Origin: the human T2T-CHM13v2.0 reference genome, Homo sapiens | NCBI RefSeq assembly: GCF_009914755.1 | Contig: NC_060936.1 | Length of the DNA stretch: 64,000 bases | Reading direction: 5' to 3' (one strand) | Shown here: positions 1 to 16,699 of the stretch, piece by piece | How the letters are laid out: every line of letters starts with the position of its first letter | Position numbering within the stretch: position 1 is the first letter of the stretch | Program-made: the position numbers and the translations under genes | The notes under the pieces: generated by a model | The model's input: the letters and a program-made list of their open reading frames with translations, nothing else | Databases searched by the model: none | What the model was told of the DNA's origin: nothing

Positions 1-164
1 GTACACAGACTAACATCACTGGGATAGCAAAGGCTATCAGAATTTCACCTGCGTAATAACAGTCATTTGCAAGGAAAAATCTTATCAAAAATAAATTGAT
101 GATCTGTAGTAATGGACTGGGTTTTTGGTGGTTACTCATTATTTGGGGGACCAGTAGAGTTCAT

Positions 165-360
165 AGCATACTGACTAAATAGTGACTTTAGATCAGGATG
201 TCTGGATTCCCATCCCAGCTCTGTGACTTCATTCAAGTTACCGTCTTTGAGCCTCACTTTTCTTATCTGTAAAATGGAAGTAATAATAGTACTGAGGCCT
301 AAGGTATTGTGCAGCTTAAATATGATAATTCAGGTAAAGCACCGAGTGGTGCCAATATTC
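165..360 (+). mobile_element. MIR SINE fragment
   Basis: MIR core 'ctttgagcctcacttttcttatctgtaaaatggaagtaataatagtac'. Confidence 0.75.
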
Positions 361-773
361 ATTTACCACTTTTTATCATCACTTGATGTATGTAGATTGT
401 CAGTGTCCAACACTTTTGGGAAGAAATGACACCCTTTAGAGTACCAATAGCAGTTGTATTTGTAAACCTCTTATATGGGTAGAGTTCTAACATATTTTTG
501 CCCTTCTTAACTATTTTATATGCATTAATCTATTCCTCTGGAGAATCTTTGAAATAAAAGTTAGCTTTAACTTTTAAACACTTAAAATTGAGAGTTGATA
601 TACAGCTCATTAAAATAAATTACTAAAACTCTAGAAAAATAATAAACTATAAAGTTTTACTAATTCAAGGACTGCAGTATTGGGAAATATTGTGGAAACT
701 AGTTATATAGAGAATAAATGAAAAATTAGAATATAGAGTTTGTATATATGACATGAATATAATTAAGCAAATA

Positions 774-850
774 TTAGGTTGGTGCAAAGTTATTGCAGTT
801 TTGACATTAAAAGTATGGCAAAAACTGCGATTACTTTTGCACCAACCTAA
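774..850. mobile_element. MADE1 MITE (Hsmar1 mariner derivative)
   Basis: 77-bp near-palindrome ttaggttggtgcaaa...tttgcaccaacctaa matching the MADE1 consensus, flanked by TA. Confidence 0.93.
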
Positions 851-975
851 ATATACACATTTTAAGATTTATAGATTAAGTAACAGCTTGGGATAAGATG
901 TTTAGATAAGTAAATGTTGTGATGAAGAATGGCTCTTTTTCCCTTTACTATCCAGTGTTTATAATGCTTCTGTAA

Positions 976-1292
<317 letters not shown>

Positions 1293-2284
1293 CTATAATG
1301 TTTTTATAATTAAAAAATTTTAAAGACCAAACATAAGTTATCCATTCTAATCACTCAAAATGATTGACATTAAAAAATCATATTGAATATAAGTATGTCT
1401 TTTATTATAGCTAGGATATTTATTGAATTTATTTACAGACTGTTGGTTAAAATCAAGTAACTGCTTTGTAAATTAACTAACTTCTTAGATGGCTAAGAGC
1501 AAACAGAGTCTCTTGGTTTTATGTTTAGGTACCCAACCAAGAACAATTCTCTTGAAACTCTTAGTGTGTGACATTTTGTAGACATTTCATAAAGGAGCTT
1601 TTCAACGCCAGTGAGAAGTCAGCAACACAAACTTCTTTTGTGACCCATTCAGGGGATCCCAAGATCAGCCTGGTCTCTGAAGCGTATGAGGAGATATCCA
1701 GTTACAGCTCAGGGCAGGGGCAGATCTGGTTCATCATGTGATTGCAGTGACAGCCTGCCAAGCTCACAGCTGCCTTGCAGGAGATGCAGGCCCACCTGCC
1801 AGCCCCATTATTCCCATTTAGGCTCAGGCCCACAGGGACTTTTCCCATTAAACCCTGAAAGTCTTCATTTTCAAGAAGTTTTCAAAGTATCATGAAAGAC
1901 TCAGCAGGGCAAATGATGGTGTGATTGAACCCACCTCAGTTTATTAAACAGCAGGACTGTTTATATGTTTCAGTTGGTCCTGCCCTTTGTCCATCCCAGG
2001 CTGTCCCCAAAGTGTCTCTTGAAACTGGACACAGTTTTACAATAAGCAAAGGTGATTTACCTAGGTAAGTCTTTGCCCCAGAAAGTGACAAGAAGAAAAC
2101 TTGCTTTTTGTTCGTTTGAGGAATCCCATATGGTAGATTGACACATCTCATAGCAAATGTTCTTGTTGTTATGACCAAACGCCTTCCTAAATTAAAAAAG
2201 AAAATTAAATATTGACATTTTGCATATACAAAATTGTTGAACATGTAAAAATGCCTCTGGTACCGGAATATGTCTTCACACTGA

Positions 2285-2666
<382 letters not shown>

Positions 2667-2710
2667 AAGGGAAATGCTTTTCAATGCATGCAATAAGGTG
2701 TAGGAGAGCA

Positions 2711-3001
<291 letters not shown>

Positions 3002-3094
3002 GGAAGTATGGAGAGCATTAGTCACTGAGACTTCTACATGTCATAGTGGAATATAAATCCTTTTGGATTCCTACATTGTTTGAGTAGATTTTTT

Positions 3095-3429
3095 AAATTT
3101 TGTATATTTTTAAATTGATGCATTGTAGTTATACATATTTATTGGGTACAATTTGATGTTTCAGTACATACCTGTGTTGTATAATGATCTAGCCAGGGTA
3201 GTTAGTGCGCCCAGCACCTTATGTATTTATTGTTTCTTTGTGGTGAGAACATTCAAAAGCCTCTCTTCTAGCTATTTGGTAGTATGCATGCAGTATTTTA
3301 CTGTTAACTGTAATCACCCTGCTGTGCAGTAGAACACCAGAATTTATTCCCCGTACCTAATTGTAACTTTGTACCCATTGACCAACCTCTCCCCTCTTCC
3401 CGCTTCCCAGTCTCTGGTCACCACCATTC
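3095..3429 (-). mobile_element. L1MA-type 3' end fragment
   Basis: L1MA 3'UTR motifs 'gtggtgagaacattcaaaagcctctcttctagcta'; TSD tttgagtagatttt at 3079 and 3736. Confidence 0.85.
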
Positions 3430-3724
3430 TTTTTTTTTTTTTTTTTTTTGAGATGGAGTCTTGCTCTGTCGCCCAGGCTGGAGTGAAGTGGCGCGATCTC
3501 GGCTCACTGCAAGCTCCACCCAGGTTCAAGGCCATTCTCCTGCCTCAGCCTCCGGAGTAGCTGGGACTACAGGCGCCCGCCACCACACCCAGCTAATTTT
3601 TCTGTATTTTTAGTAGAGACGGGGTTTCACCGCATTAGCCAGGATGGCCTCGATCTCCTGACCTCGTGATCCGCCCGCCTCGGCCTCCCAAAGTGCTGGG
3701 ATTACAGGCGTGAGCCACCGCACC
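3430..3724 (-). mobile_element. AluY nested in the L1 fragment
   Basis: Y-type diagnostics; TSD caccattctt at 3422 and 3725. Confidence 0.93.
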
Positions 3725-3775
3725 CACCATTCTTATTTGAGTAGATTTTAAAAATCCACTAAAGTTTATGGAGGC

Positions 3776-4580
3776 TGTTTAGGAAAAACTCTCAAACTGT
3801 TTTTCCTCTACTCTCACACTACAACAATCAACACAGAAGACTTCCGTGACCAAATGTGTGAGAGTTTTTCCCCACCAACAAGCAGCAGACACCAGGAAGT
3901 CCAGGCCTCCAGAACCTCTGACCAACCAGATTCAACTTGGGGTTCTTATGACTTTCCTTTTTTGGTTCAATTAATTTGCTGGAGTGGCTCACAGAACTTA
4001 GGGAAACACGCTTACTGGTTTATTATAAAGGATATTACAAAGGATACAGATGAAGAGATGCCAAGGGCGAGGTATGGAGTAAGGCACGCAGAGCTTCCAT
4101 GCCTTCCCTGGGCACCACGCTCCAGGAACCTCTACATGTTCAGCTGTCCAGAAGCTCCCCACACTCTCTTGGGTTTCTGTGGAGGCTTCATTACATAGGC
4201 ATGATTGACAACCATGTAGAAATGTGATTGAACAAAAAGGGTATGATCTCAGACTAACAGACTGAGTGGAGGAATCCAGCAAGGCTTGTCTGTTTAAATT
4301 CTTCTTGGCCTCTCTGTACAGCATTCTTTCCTTGAAGGTACGGGGCAAGACCCTCTCAGGAATGAGAGTTTTTTGACCCACAATCAGGTTAGAGTCCTGC
4401 CTGGGCAAGTAGAAGAAAAACAGGAGAAGTTCAGAGAGAGAGATTCTGTTTTCTAGGGTCTGCTCCTGATGCCTGAAGTGCCCCAAGGCTATAACAAATG
4501 ACTGCACCAAGGGCTATTGGAAGTTATGAGCCAGGAACCATGGATGAATGCCTACACACACACAAAATCATAATATCACA
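3776..4580 (-). mobile_element. MER21-family solo LTR (probably MER21B)
   Basis: TG...CA ends; reverse complement begins TGTGATATTATGA like MER21; 5-bp TSD gaggc/gagac. Confidence 0.8.
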
Positions 4581-4759
4581 GAGACCAACTTTCACTTTTC
4601 TCCTGCTGTTGTGCTATGTAGAATCATCGGTGGGAAGAAAAGCATTTTGCTATTTCAAATGTCCTCATATCCGAACTGATCATGGATAATATGTTGTTCA
4701 GGAAATCTGTCTGGCTCATTGGATTAAAGTTTGGATCTTACATTTTCTATAAAATATAG

Positions 4760-5071
<312 letters not shown>

Positions 5072-5191
5072 AATGAAAATAACTTAAATATTCTCTTTAT
5101 TAGTCTAAAATTTATATGAAGTTGTAATTTGAGCCAAAGTAAAAACCCTTTTTTTTACTTTTTTATTTTAGAAATGAACCATTTTATGTAC

Positions 5192-5480
5192 TTATTTATT
5201 TTTATTTTTTTAAGACAGTCTCACCTTGTCGTCCAGGCTGGAGTCCAGGCACAATCTTGGCTCACTCAGCCTTGACTTTCCTGGGCTCAGGCGATCCTCC
5301 CACTTCAGCCTCCCAAGTAGCTGGGACTACAGGTGTGCGCCCAGCTAATTTTTTTATTTTTTGTAGATATGGGATTCTGCCATGTTCCCCAGGCTGGTCT
5401 CAAACTCCTGAGCTCAAGCCATCCTTCGCCTTGGCCTCCCAAAATGCTGGGATTACAGGCGTGAGACACCACGTCTGGCC
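5192..5480 (-). mobile_element. AluJ
   Basis: J-type 'cctgggctcaggcgatcctcccacttcagcc', diverged. Confidence 0.88.
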
Positions 5481-5526
5481 AAAACACATTTAAAAGGGAT
5501 TTTTTTTTGTTACTGAATTTAAATAA

Positions 5527-7620
<2,094 letters not shown>

Positions 7621-8337
7621 CCCAAACCAAGGTTGCACCCGGCAGCCAGAATGGACCATGAGTGGAGAGGGTCGATGAGGGTGCAGGCCTGGTCCAGGAG
7701 AAACTCACACCCTTAACCCTACCCATAGCTGCTGCTTTCCACTTCTTGAGCTTTGTTTTCTGTAGCCCTTGAGGCCACACCTCATCATCTGCACATGCTG
7801 TTCCCTCTCCCTGGAAAGCCCATCCCCTGAAAGCACACATGGGGACAATATCTATCTGCAAGCTCCTCACCCCTGTGACAGCAGTTCTCAGGGCAGGGCC
7901 AAGCATAGAGTGGGGGCTCAGTGCTCCATGCATTTTATGGAAGGACGAGTGAGTGATTGGGTGACAGGGACAAAGCCACATTTGCTGTCCCTGAAGGTTC
8001 ACACATAATGCCCTGCTGACAGCATACCAAGCCTACCAGAGAGCTTTCACCTCCTTTCAGAATTCTGTGCTGGGAGGTGGAGAGAAGAGGCGGCAACAGC
8101 TTCTGGCCTGGGTGATCCCCGTTCCTATTCCTCTACTCAAGTAGATTTGAAAACAGCATATCTTGTGTGAATACTCAGTCTAAGTAGTGAGTCATAGGAG
8201 CAGCTGCTGCTGCTGTTAGAAAATGGGAGTCCATAGACTTTTCTACAATGCCGTGTGGAAACAGTGGAATCCAATGCAATAGAGTTGATGCTACAGAGAG
8301 AATATCAATGGCCTTAGGGGGCTTTAAAAAAAAATCC

Positions 8338-8655
<318 letters not shown>

Positions 8656-10320
8656 TTAGTATTTATTTACCATGGGTTAATCATTCATTTGCTTTATCTG
8701 TTTGTTCCATGACATGTCGTTTCTTCCTAACTGGTCTGTAGCTTCTTTCCTTTCTATCTCTTTTAGATTGCTGCAGATTCACATTTATCATGTTTCTTGA
8801 CTTTGCAGGTACTTCTGGTGTAATCCAGGCCCTGATACCTGGCCCAGAGCAGGGGAAAAATAACTCACCGTTATTCTTAGCTCACACCTCTCCCACTCAA
8901 CCCCAAGAAGTTAGTGCTGTTTTTACCAGAAAAGCGTGAAACCGTTTGTTTTTGAAGAGCCACGCTTATACTTTAGAAACAAGTGTAGCTGGAGAGAGGC
9001 CAAAGGCAGGAGAGAGTAAGCGGGTAGTGAGGGTGTAGGTGAGTGGAGCATGTGAATGGATGCTTCTCCCTAAAGTGTCTACTTTTCCCTCCTCCATGCC
9101 ATTCGCTGCAGTGGGCACTAGCAAAAGTTTGAGTTTTGCTTCCACAGTGGAGGAAAAAAACCACAACATGTTAATTAAGAAGGTTGTGGGGTTTTGTTGT
9201 GGGAAGCTAGAAAAGCAGCTGACCACTGAAATTGAAGCTATTTACAGGAATTTGTAGTGTGAGCCATGTAAGGTGAGTTGTGGGGTGTGGGCCCTGTGCC
9301 CAGCCCTCAGTTACTCCTCTCCTCCGCAGTGACCAGCTGCATCTAGGATGAGGAAGGAAAGGAGCCCATGTCTAGATGACACCTGCTGAGCTCCCCCAGG
9401 ACAGGCCTGCCTGAGCCCCCATCCCTGCAAAATCAAAGCTCTTCACCTGGGTTTCTGCAGGCCCCAGGAGACGGGCAGTGATAGGCTGTCTGCCTGGTCC
9501 CTTTCCTGTCCTTTTGCACTGGGCCCTGTGGAGAACTGGTTCTGTTGTAAGTTAAATGCCCCCATCTCTTGACCCTCTTCACAGACTGTTCCTTCAAAAC
9601 TTTATGTTTCCACCATCTTGTTCTCCCTGCGCAAAGGAGAACACATCTCTGGTAGCCTTTTCTAAAGGAAGCTCTGTGCTTTCCCAAGGCTGGGAGGAGG
9701 TAATGGCCCTGCCTAGTTCCATGTTGCTGATTCTAGACACCTTCTTTTTATTCCTTGTACAGAAGCCCTTCCTCTTCAGGGGTCTGGCCACCTGGCTGGA
9801 TCTTGCCCTCTCTTGTTCCTTGCAACTCCCATGCATAGCTCTGGCTCATTCCTCCACACTCATGGAGGCCTTGGATGCCTTTATTAGACGCTCCTCACTA
9901 CCAAGGCCAGTGGCCTTCACCGCCACACCTGAGTTCTTGTTATCCGAGGAAACTCCTCCCCTGCTGACATGGAGCAGTGCTCTGTTACTGTCACTGCCTG
10001 TCCTACGGGTGTGCCCAGTGTACTTATTCTGCAAGAGAGAGACCTACCCAGTCTCCTGCCTTCATACCGTTCTTTCCTACCATCTCCACACCATGCATTC
10101 ATTAGTTCAGCCATTTCTCTTGAAGTTATTTTGACTTCCATCCAAACTGATCACTCTCTCCTCTGAACCACTTCTGTGGCTGGCCCATATTTCTCTTAGT
10201 ACCTGTTGGTTTACAGCTGGGAGGGGATTACTTAGGATCTGGTTGGGTCCGTAGCACCTAGTAAATCCCTTCACATACTGCTAGCATGGAGGGCATGCTT
10301 TGTTGAGCTGATGGAAACTA

Positions 10321-10729
<409 letters not shown>

Positions 10730-10809
10730 AGATGAAGGTCGTAGAAAAAATATTCATTCCAGAAATTCTACCATACGACTCTTTTTCCAGATTCAATTAT
10801 GTAACTTAA

Positions 10810-10990
10810 ACAAAAAACTATGATCAAAGTAATATATGCACATAATTTAAAAACAAAATAGATAAATAAGTTTTTAATGAAAAGCAACCATTCCCTCCTT
10901 CCCTACCTCTAGTCTTGAATTACAGGGTCAACCATTTTTAAATGTTCTGTTTTCAGTTTTTCTGGTGCTTACTGCCATATCTGTAAGTTT
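10810..10990 (-). mobile_element. Old L1M 3' fragment
   Basis: 'aaagtaatatatgcacata...caaccatttttaa' typical of L1ME/MC 3' ends. Confidence 0.5.
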
Positions 10991-12289
10991 AATCTCAAAT
11001 AGGGCTAATGAAAAACAGCCCTGAAAAATAATGAAGAGTCACAAAATATGTAATAATCATTGTTCACATGGAATCATTCTTACTAGTTTCATTATGAAAA
11101 TCATTAAAAATATTCTAGACAAATGCCTTCTATGTAATGATATTGTTGAATTGAACATATTCATCTCTCACTTTTCTCTTTATCTTTTAGAGTTAGAAAG
11201 AAAATGTTTTTGAGATGCTTGTATATTTTAACAGTCAGAATAAAAGTGGTCTTTTTTTCTCCCCTCCCTTTCCTTTCCCATGTTCTCTGCCTCTTGTGAG
11301 TTACAGTATGGGAAGTTATAGCACCTGATTTGCAAAACCATGATAAGCACCATATGTAGCTCTTTAAAGCTATAGCTTACTCTGTCTTTGAATCCTGTCT
11401 CCAAAGCTGGACTTAGAAAGTGGCTGTCTCTCCACTCTAAGCCAGCATTATGAGAAACGTTATTGAGGAGATGCATGCTTTTTGAAAAAGGGCACAATCT
11501 AGATGCCTCAATTCGGAGTGCGAAATGGCTGCCTATGGTTGAAAATAAGTAGGTAGGTAGAGACTGTAGCGCATTTAATTAAAACTACTGTGCTAAAAAA
11601 AAAATTGTAGCAATTATATATTATTAACCTAAGTGGTGCCAAGGCTTTGAAGTTGTTTGCTATGCCCTTGATTGCATGCCCTCTGAGCTCGGCTGTTCAG
11701 TTATGTAGGTATTTAGAAGAAGAGCAACACAGTAAATTTAAGTACCAAATTAGGATCTTTGGAATTCTGTGCGACATATCTAAGCTATTGCTACATGAAT
11801 CCAATCTTTTGCTGCTATAGTTAGACGGTGATTATGCTGTTTTTCCCAGCCCACTCCCCAATTAGACATTGTTTAGTTGATTGGAAAATGCATGTTGTAT
11901 ATGTCAACTAAAAACAGGTTGTCATTTTTGGGCTTAAATGGAGGAGTCTTTACTTTTCAGCTATAGTAAATGAATAAAGAAAGTGAAGACTGAGAAGAAC
12001 TGTGCTGAGTCCATTATCATAAGAAAGCCAAGCTTTGCAAATGTAAGGCTTAGTAGTCATTATATGTGTGTCAGGCAGCTGGGGCCATCCCTGGCTAAGA
12101 AGAGACTGGAATGTACTGTTCTTTATTAATAACTCTGCAAGGTGGCAAGGGTTTCAGGGAAAAGAATAAAGTAAGTTTCGGGATCTGATTTTATAGTTTT
12201 AAGCTGTTCTCAGCTACAGTCACCAAATAGAAAAGGCTTATTGAGTGCCTCAGACATGCCTGACAGCTAGAATTTGACAGCTGAAAATG

Positions 12290-12380
12290 CCTAGGAATGA
12301 ATGGTCCTATCCTCTCATTTTACAGAAAAGTAAACTGAAACTAGAGAGGCCAAGTGACTTGCCCAAAGTCCCTCTCTGAC
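12290..12380 (-). mobile_element. MIR fragment
   Basis: 'ctcattttacagaaaagtaaactgaaactagagaggccaagtgacttgcccaaagtc'. Confidence 0.75.
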
Positions 12381-12530
12381 TGACTTGGACAAATCCTTGC
12401 ATCACTAAGTCTGTTACACTTTACTTTTACTAGATCTGAACATTTTAATGCATTTTAATATCCACTATTTGTCAGAGCTTTGTTACTCTAATTACATCTG
12501 ACATTACTATGGAGTTCTTTTGCATGTTAA

Positions 12531-12878
<348 letters not shown>

Positions 12879-13180
12879 TGAACATTTGCTGTGTTCAAGG
12901 CACTCTGCTATTTTTCTTTCTTTTTTTTTTAAAGTACTGTACAGATTTTTAATGACATTTGCTTTCACCACACTTCAGTAAGACCGTTTCATCAGAGTAG
13001 TTAAAATTGTGAAATAGGTAACATTTGTGCTGCTGCTTCTCAACATATCACTCTCACACTCTCCCCCTCCTAGCAACTCTTCCCCTTTTCCCTGTCACAG
13101 TTATTGCTCTAATATTGGTAAAAGTCTCTTCGCTCATTGTAGCATCCTACCCCAAATGCTCCTTCAGGTAGCTCACTCTC

Positions 13181-13877
13181 TTTTTTTTTTTTTAATTATA
13201 CTTCAAGTTCTAGGGTACATGTGCACAACATGCAGGTTTGTTACATATGTATATATGTGCCATGTTGGTGTGCTGCACTCATTAACTCTCCATTTACATT
13301 AGTTATATCTCCTAATATTGTCCCTCCCCACTTCCCCACCCCACGACAGGCCCCGGTGTGTGATGTTCCCCTTCTTGTGTCCATGTGTTCTCATTGTTCA
13401 ATTCCCACCTATGAGTGAGAACATACGGTGTTTGGTTTTTTGTTCTTGCGATAGTTTGCTGAGAATGATGGTTTCCAGCTTCATCCATGTCCCTACAAAG
13501 GACATGAACTCATCCTTTTTTATGGCTGCATAGTATTCCGTGGTGTATATGTGCCACATTTTCTTAATCCAGTCTATCATTGATGGACATTTGGGTTGGT
13601 TCCAAGTCTTTGCTATTGTGAATAGTGCTGCAATAAACACACATGTGCATGTGCCTTTATAGCAGCAGCAGCATGATTTATAATCCTTTGGGTCTATACC
13701 CAGTGATGGGATGGCTGGGTCAAATGGTATTTCTAGTTCTAGATCCTTGAGGAATCGCCACACTGTCTTCCACAATGGTCGAACTAGTTTACAGTCCCAT
13801 CAACAATGTAAAAGTGTTCCTATTTCTGCACATCCTCTCCAGCACCTGTTGTTTCCTGACTTTTTTATGATCGCCAT
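13181..13877 (-). mobile_element. L1PA 3' end (5'-truncated; ORF2 C-terminus and 3'UTR)
   Basis: ORF 13398..13775 is the L1 ORF2 C-terminus (WKTVWRFLKDLELEIPFDPAIP...HRMFSLIGGN); L1PA 3'UTR and poly-T at 13181. Confidence 0.97.
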
Positions 13878-14058
13878 ATTTTTCAAGATATGGCTTGGTA
13901 GCTTAATATAAAATTTAGTGTTCAACTGAAGACTAGAGCCTTCTTTGGCTCCTTCTGATCAATAGCTTATCTCATATGGGAGTTATCAAGCATTCAAAGT
14001 ATATTTCTTGGTACACATGCAGGAAGTGTGGTTGAAAAGGTTTATGGGATGTTTAGCC

Positions 14059-14235
14059 CTCTGCCGTCCAATACAGTAGTAACTAGCCACATTTGACCAC
14101 TTAAATTAGAATTAACATTATTTAAAAATAATTAAAAATTTAGTTCTCTGGCCACACAACCAAATTTGGAAATGTACTGGACAGAGCAGATATATAACAT
14201 TGCCATCATCATAGAAATGTCTATTAGACAACACA
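14059..14235 (-). mobile_element. MER3 (hAT-Charlie)
   Basis: 'gtccaatacagtagtaactagccacat' ... 'tctattagacaacac' termini. Confidence 0.75.
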
Positions 14236-14269
14236 GTTCTATCCCTATTTATGCCAAAGTCACTTATAA

Positions 14270-14450
14270 TGAGTCTAGATCTAGAAGTGAGATACCTGAA
14301 TTTGAACTCCACATTCACGACTTGCCTTGTTCTATAAGCTGTAAGGTCTCAGGCAGAGCCTTTAACCTAGTAACCTCCCATTTCCTTTGGGTAAAATGAG
14401 GTTACATCTCCTACAATGTCCGTAAAATGCTTCCAGTTATACCTAAAGTG
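14270..14450 (+). mobile_element. MIR fragment
   Basis: 'cctttaacctagtaacctcccatttcctttgggtaaaatgagg'. Confidence 0.55.
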
Positions 14451-14714
14451 ATGACGTAGACAAAGATAGAAGTTGGGGTTATTGTTAACTTCGTTAGCAA
14501 CTAAAAAATATTAATACTTGATGATCTTTGCCTCTTTGCTTCATGGGGAATTCAAGGAATAGTGTCTCAAATTCTTTTGCTCTGTGGGAGCATTCTGCAC
14601 CCTGCAATCAGCTGTGCCTTTATTCTTTAGTGTATCATGCAACAAAACATTGCCTTCTGCCAAACTTCCTGCTCAGGTTTGCTCTTCACTCAGTCAGATT
14701 TTCTTATAAGACTC

Positions 14715-14945
14715 AATGTGCTGTTATGGTTATGACTGTGGGCTCTGGAGACAATCACCTTGCTCTGCCAGCTCTGCCACATACTCATAGTGTGACCTTG
14801 GCAAGTCTAACCTTATTTTATCATCCATAAATGGGAGGGAGGGGGATTTATATAAAAGGACATATGCCATAGAGTTTTGTGGGGGTTAAATGATCTATTA
14901 TCCATGTACTTGGCCTAGTGGCTAGAACTTAGTAAGTTCCTTATA
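14715..14945 (+). mobile_element. MIR fragment
   Basis: 'gtgggctctggagac...tgtgaccttggcaagt...ggttaaatga'. Confidence 0.65.
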
Positions 14946-15164
14946 AATTATTCTTGTTAATAATAATACGATGGTGATGTATTAATAATTTAGTGAATTA
15001 CCTGTTAGGAGTATAAAGTCCAGACACAGATCTTGATCACCAAAAGATAGAATGTGTGACAGCCAAAGTTTTGAGGTTTACTAGAGGGACACTTTCTTAC
15101 CTATAGTTGAACAACTCAGGGAAGCTGGTATGTGGTTCTTTCTCCATGTTACCCTATCCTCTGC

Positions 15165-15490
15165 ACAGGGTCTCAAAGGCAAATAAATGCCTAGGAGAGG
15201 CAGGCAGGTAATACACAGGCATAAGGCAGACTGTGGGTAAGAGATTGCAGAGAATAGAAAGGATTTAAGTAGACTGGAGAATGTGTACCCTGTCTAAGTG
15301 GTCTAAATCCATTGCCAAGCATCATTTAGCCAGTTACAATCATGTGGGAATGGAGTATTAGTAAATGATGTTTATATGAAATCTCCAAATGTCAAGTATT
15401 GGCTTAGTTTTTATTTAAAACTCTTGTGTATACCAGACAGAATATGTTTGTGGGCTGACGCTGGCCCATGAGCCATCACTTTACCGTCTT
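15165..15490 (+). mobile_element. MER45-like hAT-Tip100 element
   Basis: 'cagggtctcaaa...aaatgcctaggagaggcaggcaggtaa' start and 'gtgggctgacgctggcccatgagcca' end. Confidence 0.55.
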
Positions 15491-16699
15491 TTCTTTAAGG
15501 CAACATTTCCCAGTGTCTTCCCAAGAATGCTAACGCTGTGGGTTGTTAATTTGGAATTACTTGGAAAGAAGGTCCTATAGCCAGATAAATTTGGGAAACC
15601 TAGTTCTGTGACGAAATTACATTTAGAAAATACTTTACCCTGGGTTTCGTTCCCAAAATTTATTTGATCAGAGAACCTTGCTCCCAAAGAAGACTAGTGA
15701 ATCTCTCCATGGGGCTACACGAGGGAGATGAGTGTCAGTATTTTGGAGAATGACAACAACAGGGGCAGATCTCAAGGACCTCTTTTTATATAATAGACAT
15801 AAATTGAATCTTAGTTGACATTTAGGAAGAAGTCATTAAGTTACTCACATTTTGTGATGCAAATGGAACCATTGAATGTCCATTTTGTTAGATTTTCTGT
15901 TTTTAAATAAAAGATCTTATCATCTGACACCTATTGCCAGAACATATGTGCTATTTGATGTGGTTTATATAGGAATAGATATTGAAATAATTGCTTTTGT
16001 TTGGAAATTAGCTTAATATGTTAGCATAAGAATATGTGCAGCCAAATTTAGGCTTGATAATATTATGAGAACTAGAGCAACTAGAGCAATGCTTATGAGA
16101 ATAATGTTTGGACATGTCAGCTGTACTTTCAACTTTCCTACTCTTTCATTATTGCAATGACTTTTATTTGGCACAAAGGGATATTTTCATGTTCATCAAT
16201 GAAATTTGTGTATAGTCTATGGAAAGAGGTGAAAAAAATTCCTCTAAAAGGAATTCAGTTAGCCTTCTATTTAGGCCGTAACTCCGACATGCTCTCAAGA
16301 ATTCTTTTGGTAACAACCTCAATTTACCTTGTCTGCTATTTCAGATGTGTCTTAAAATAGCATAATTTCCCACAGTTTTATTAAAATTGTGGTGCCTCTC
16401 AACTTAGTAAAATGTTTCTGCATTAGATTTAATTTAATTGCATTTTCATGTGTCTTTATTCGGAAGCTCAAATTCAATTTGAGAACACAGTTAACTAATC
16501 CAGTCTTTCTGGGGATTTTATTTTGATTAGCCTTTGGATTTGGGGGAGGGAGATAGATTTTTTTCTTTGATGTTTTTCATAGGTATTTCTGGATATGAAT
16601 ATAGGAGTCAGAGAAAAAGAAGGCACAAAAGACTCACTCACCTGAAGCTGAATCTATTTCAAACACTGAGAATAAGAAAGCTTTGGGTACATGGAGTGG

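Noticed and set aside
3998-4510. 170-aa ORF
   Set aside because: Lies wholly within the MER21 LTR; chance ORF
8780-9277. Possible + strand exon (ttgactttgcag acceptor at 8808, aag|gtgagt donor at 9271)
   Set aside because: No open frame spans it and such sites are common; needs RNA evidence
9556-10134. Longest ORF (192 aa)
   Set aside because: No recognisable domain; Leu/Ser/Pro bias reflects CT-rich DNA; no supporting gene structure
11521-11533. YY1-like motif cgaaatggctgcc as a promoter mark
   Set aside because: Isolated motif; no CpG island or other promoter features nearby
13398-13775. 125-aa ORF with clear protein homology
   Set aside because: C-terminus of L1 ORF2 in a 5'-truncated element; not a host gene
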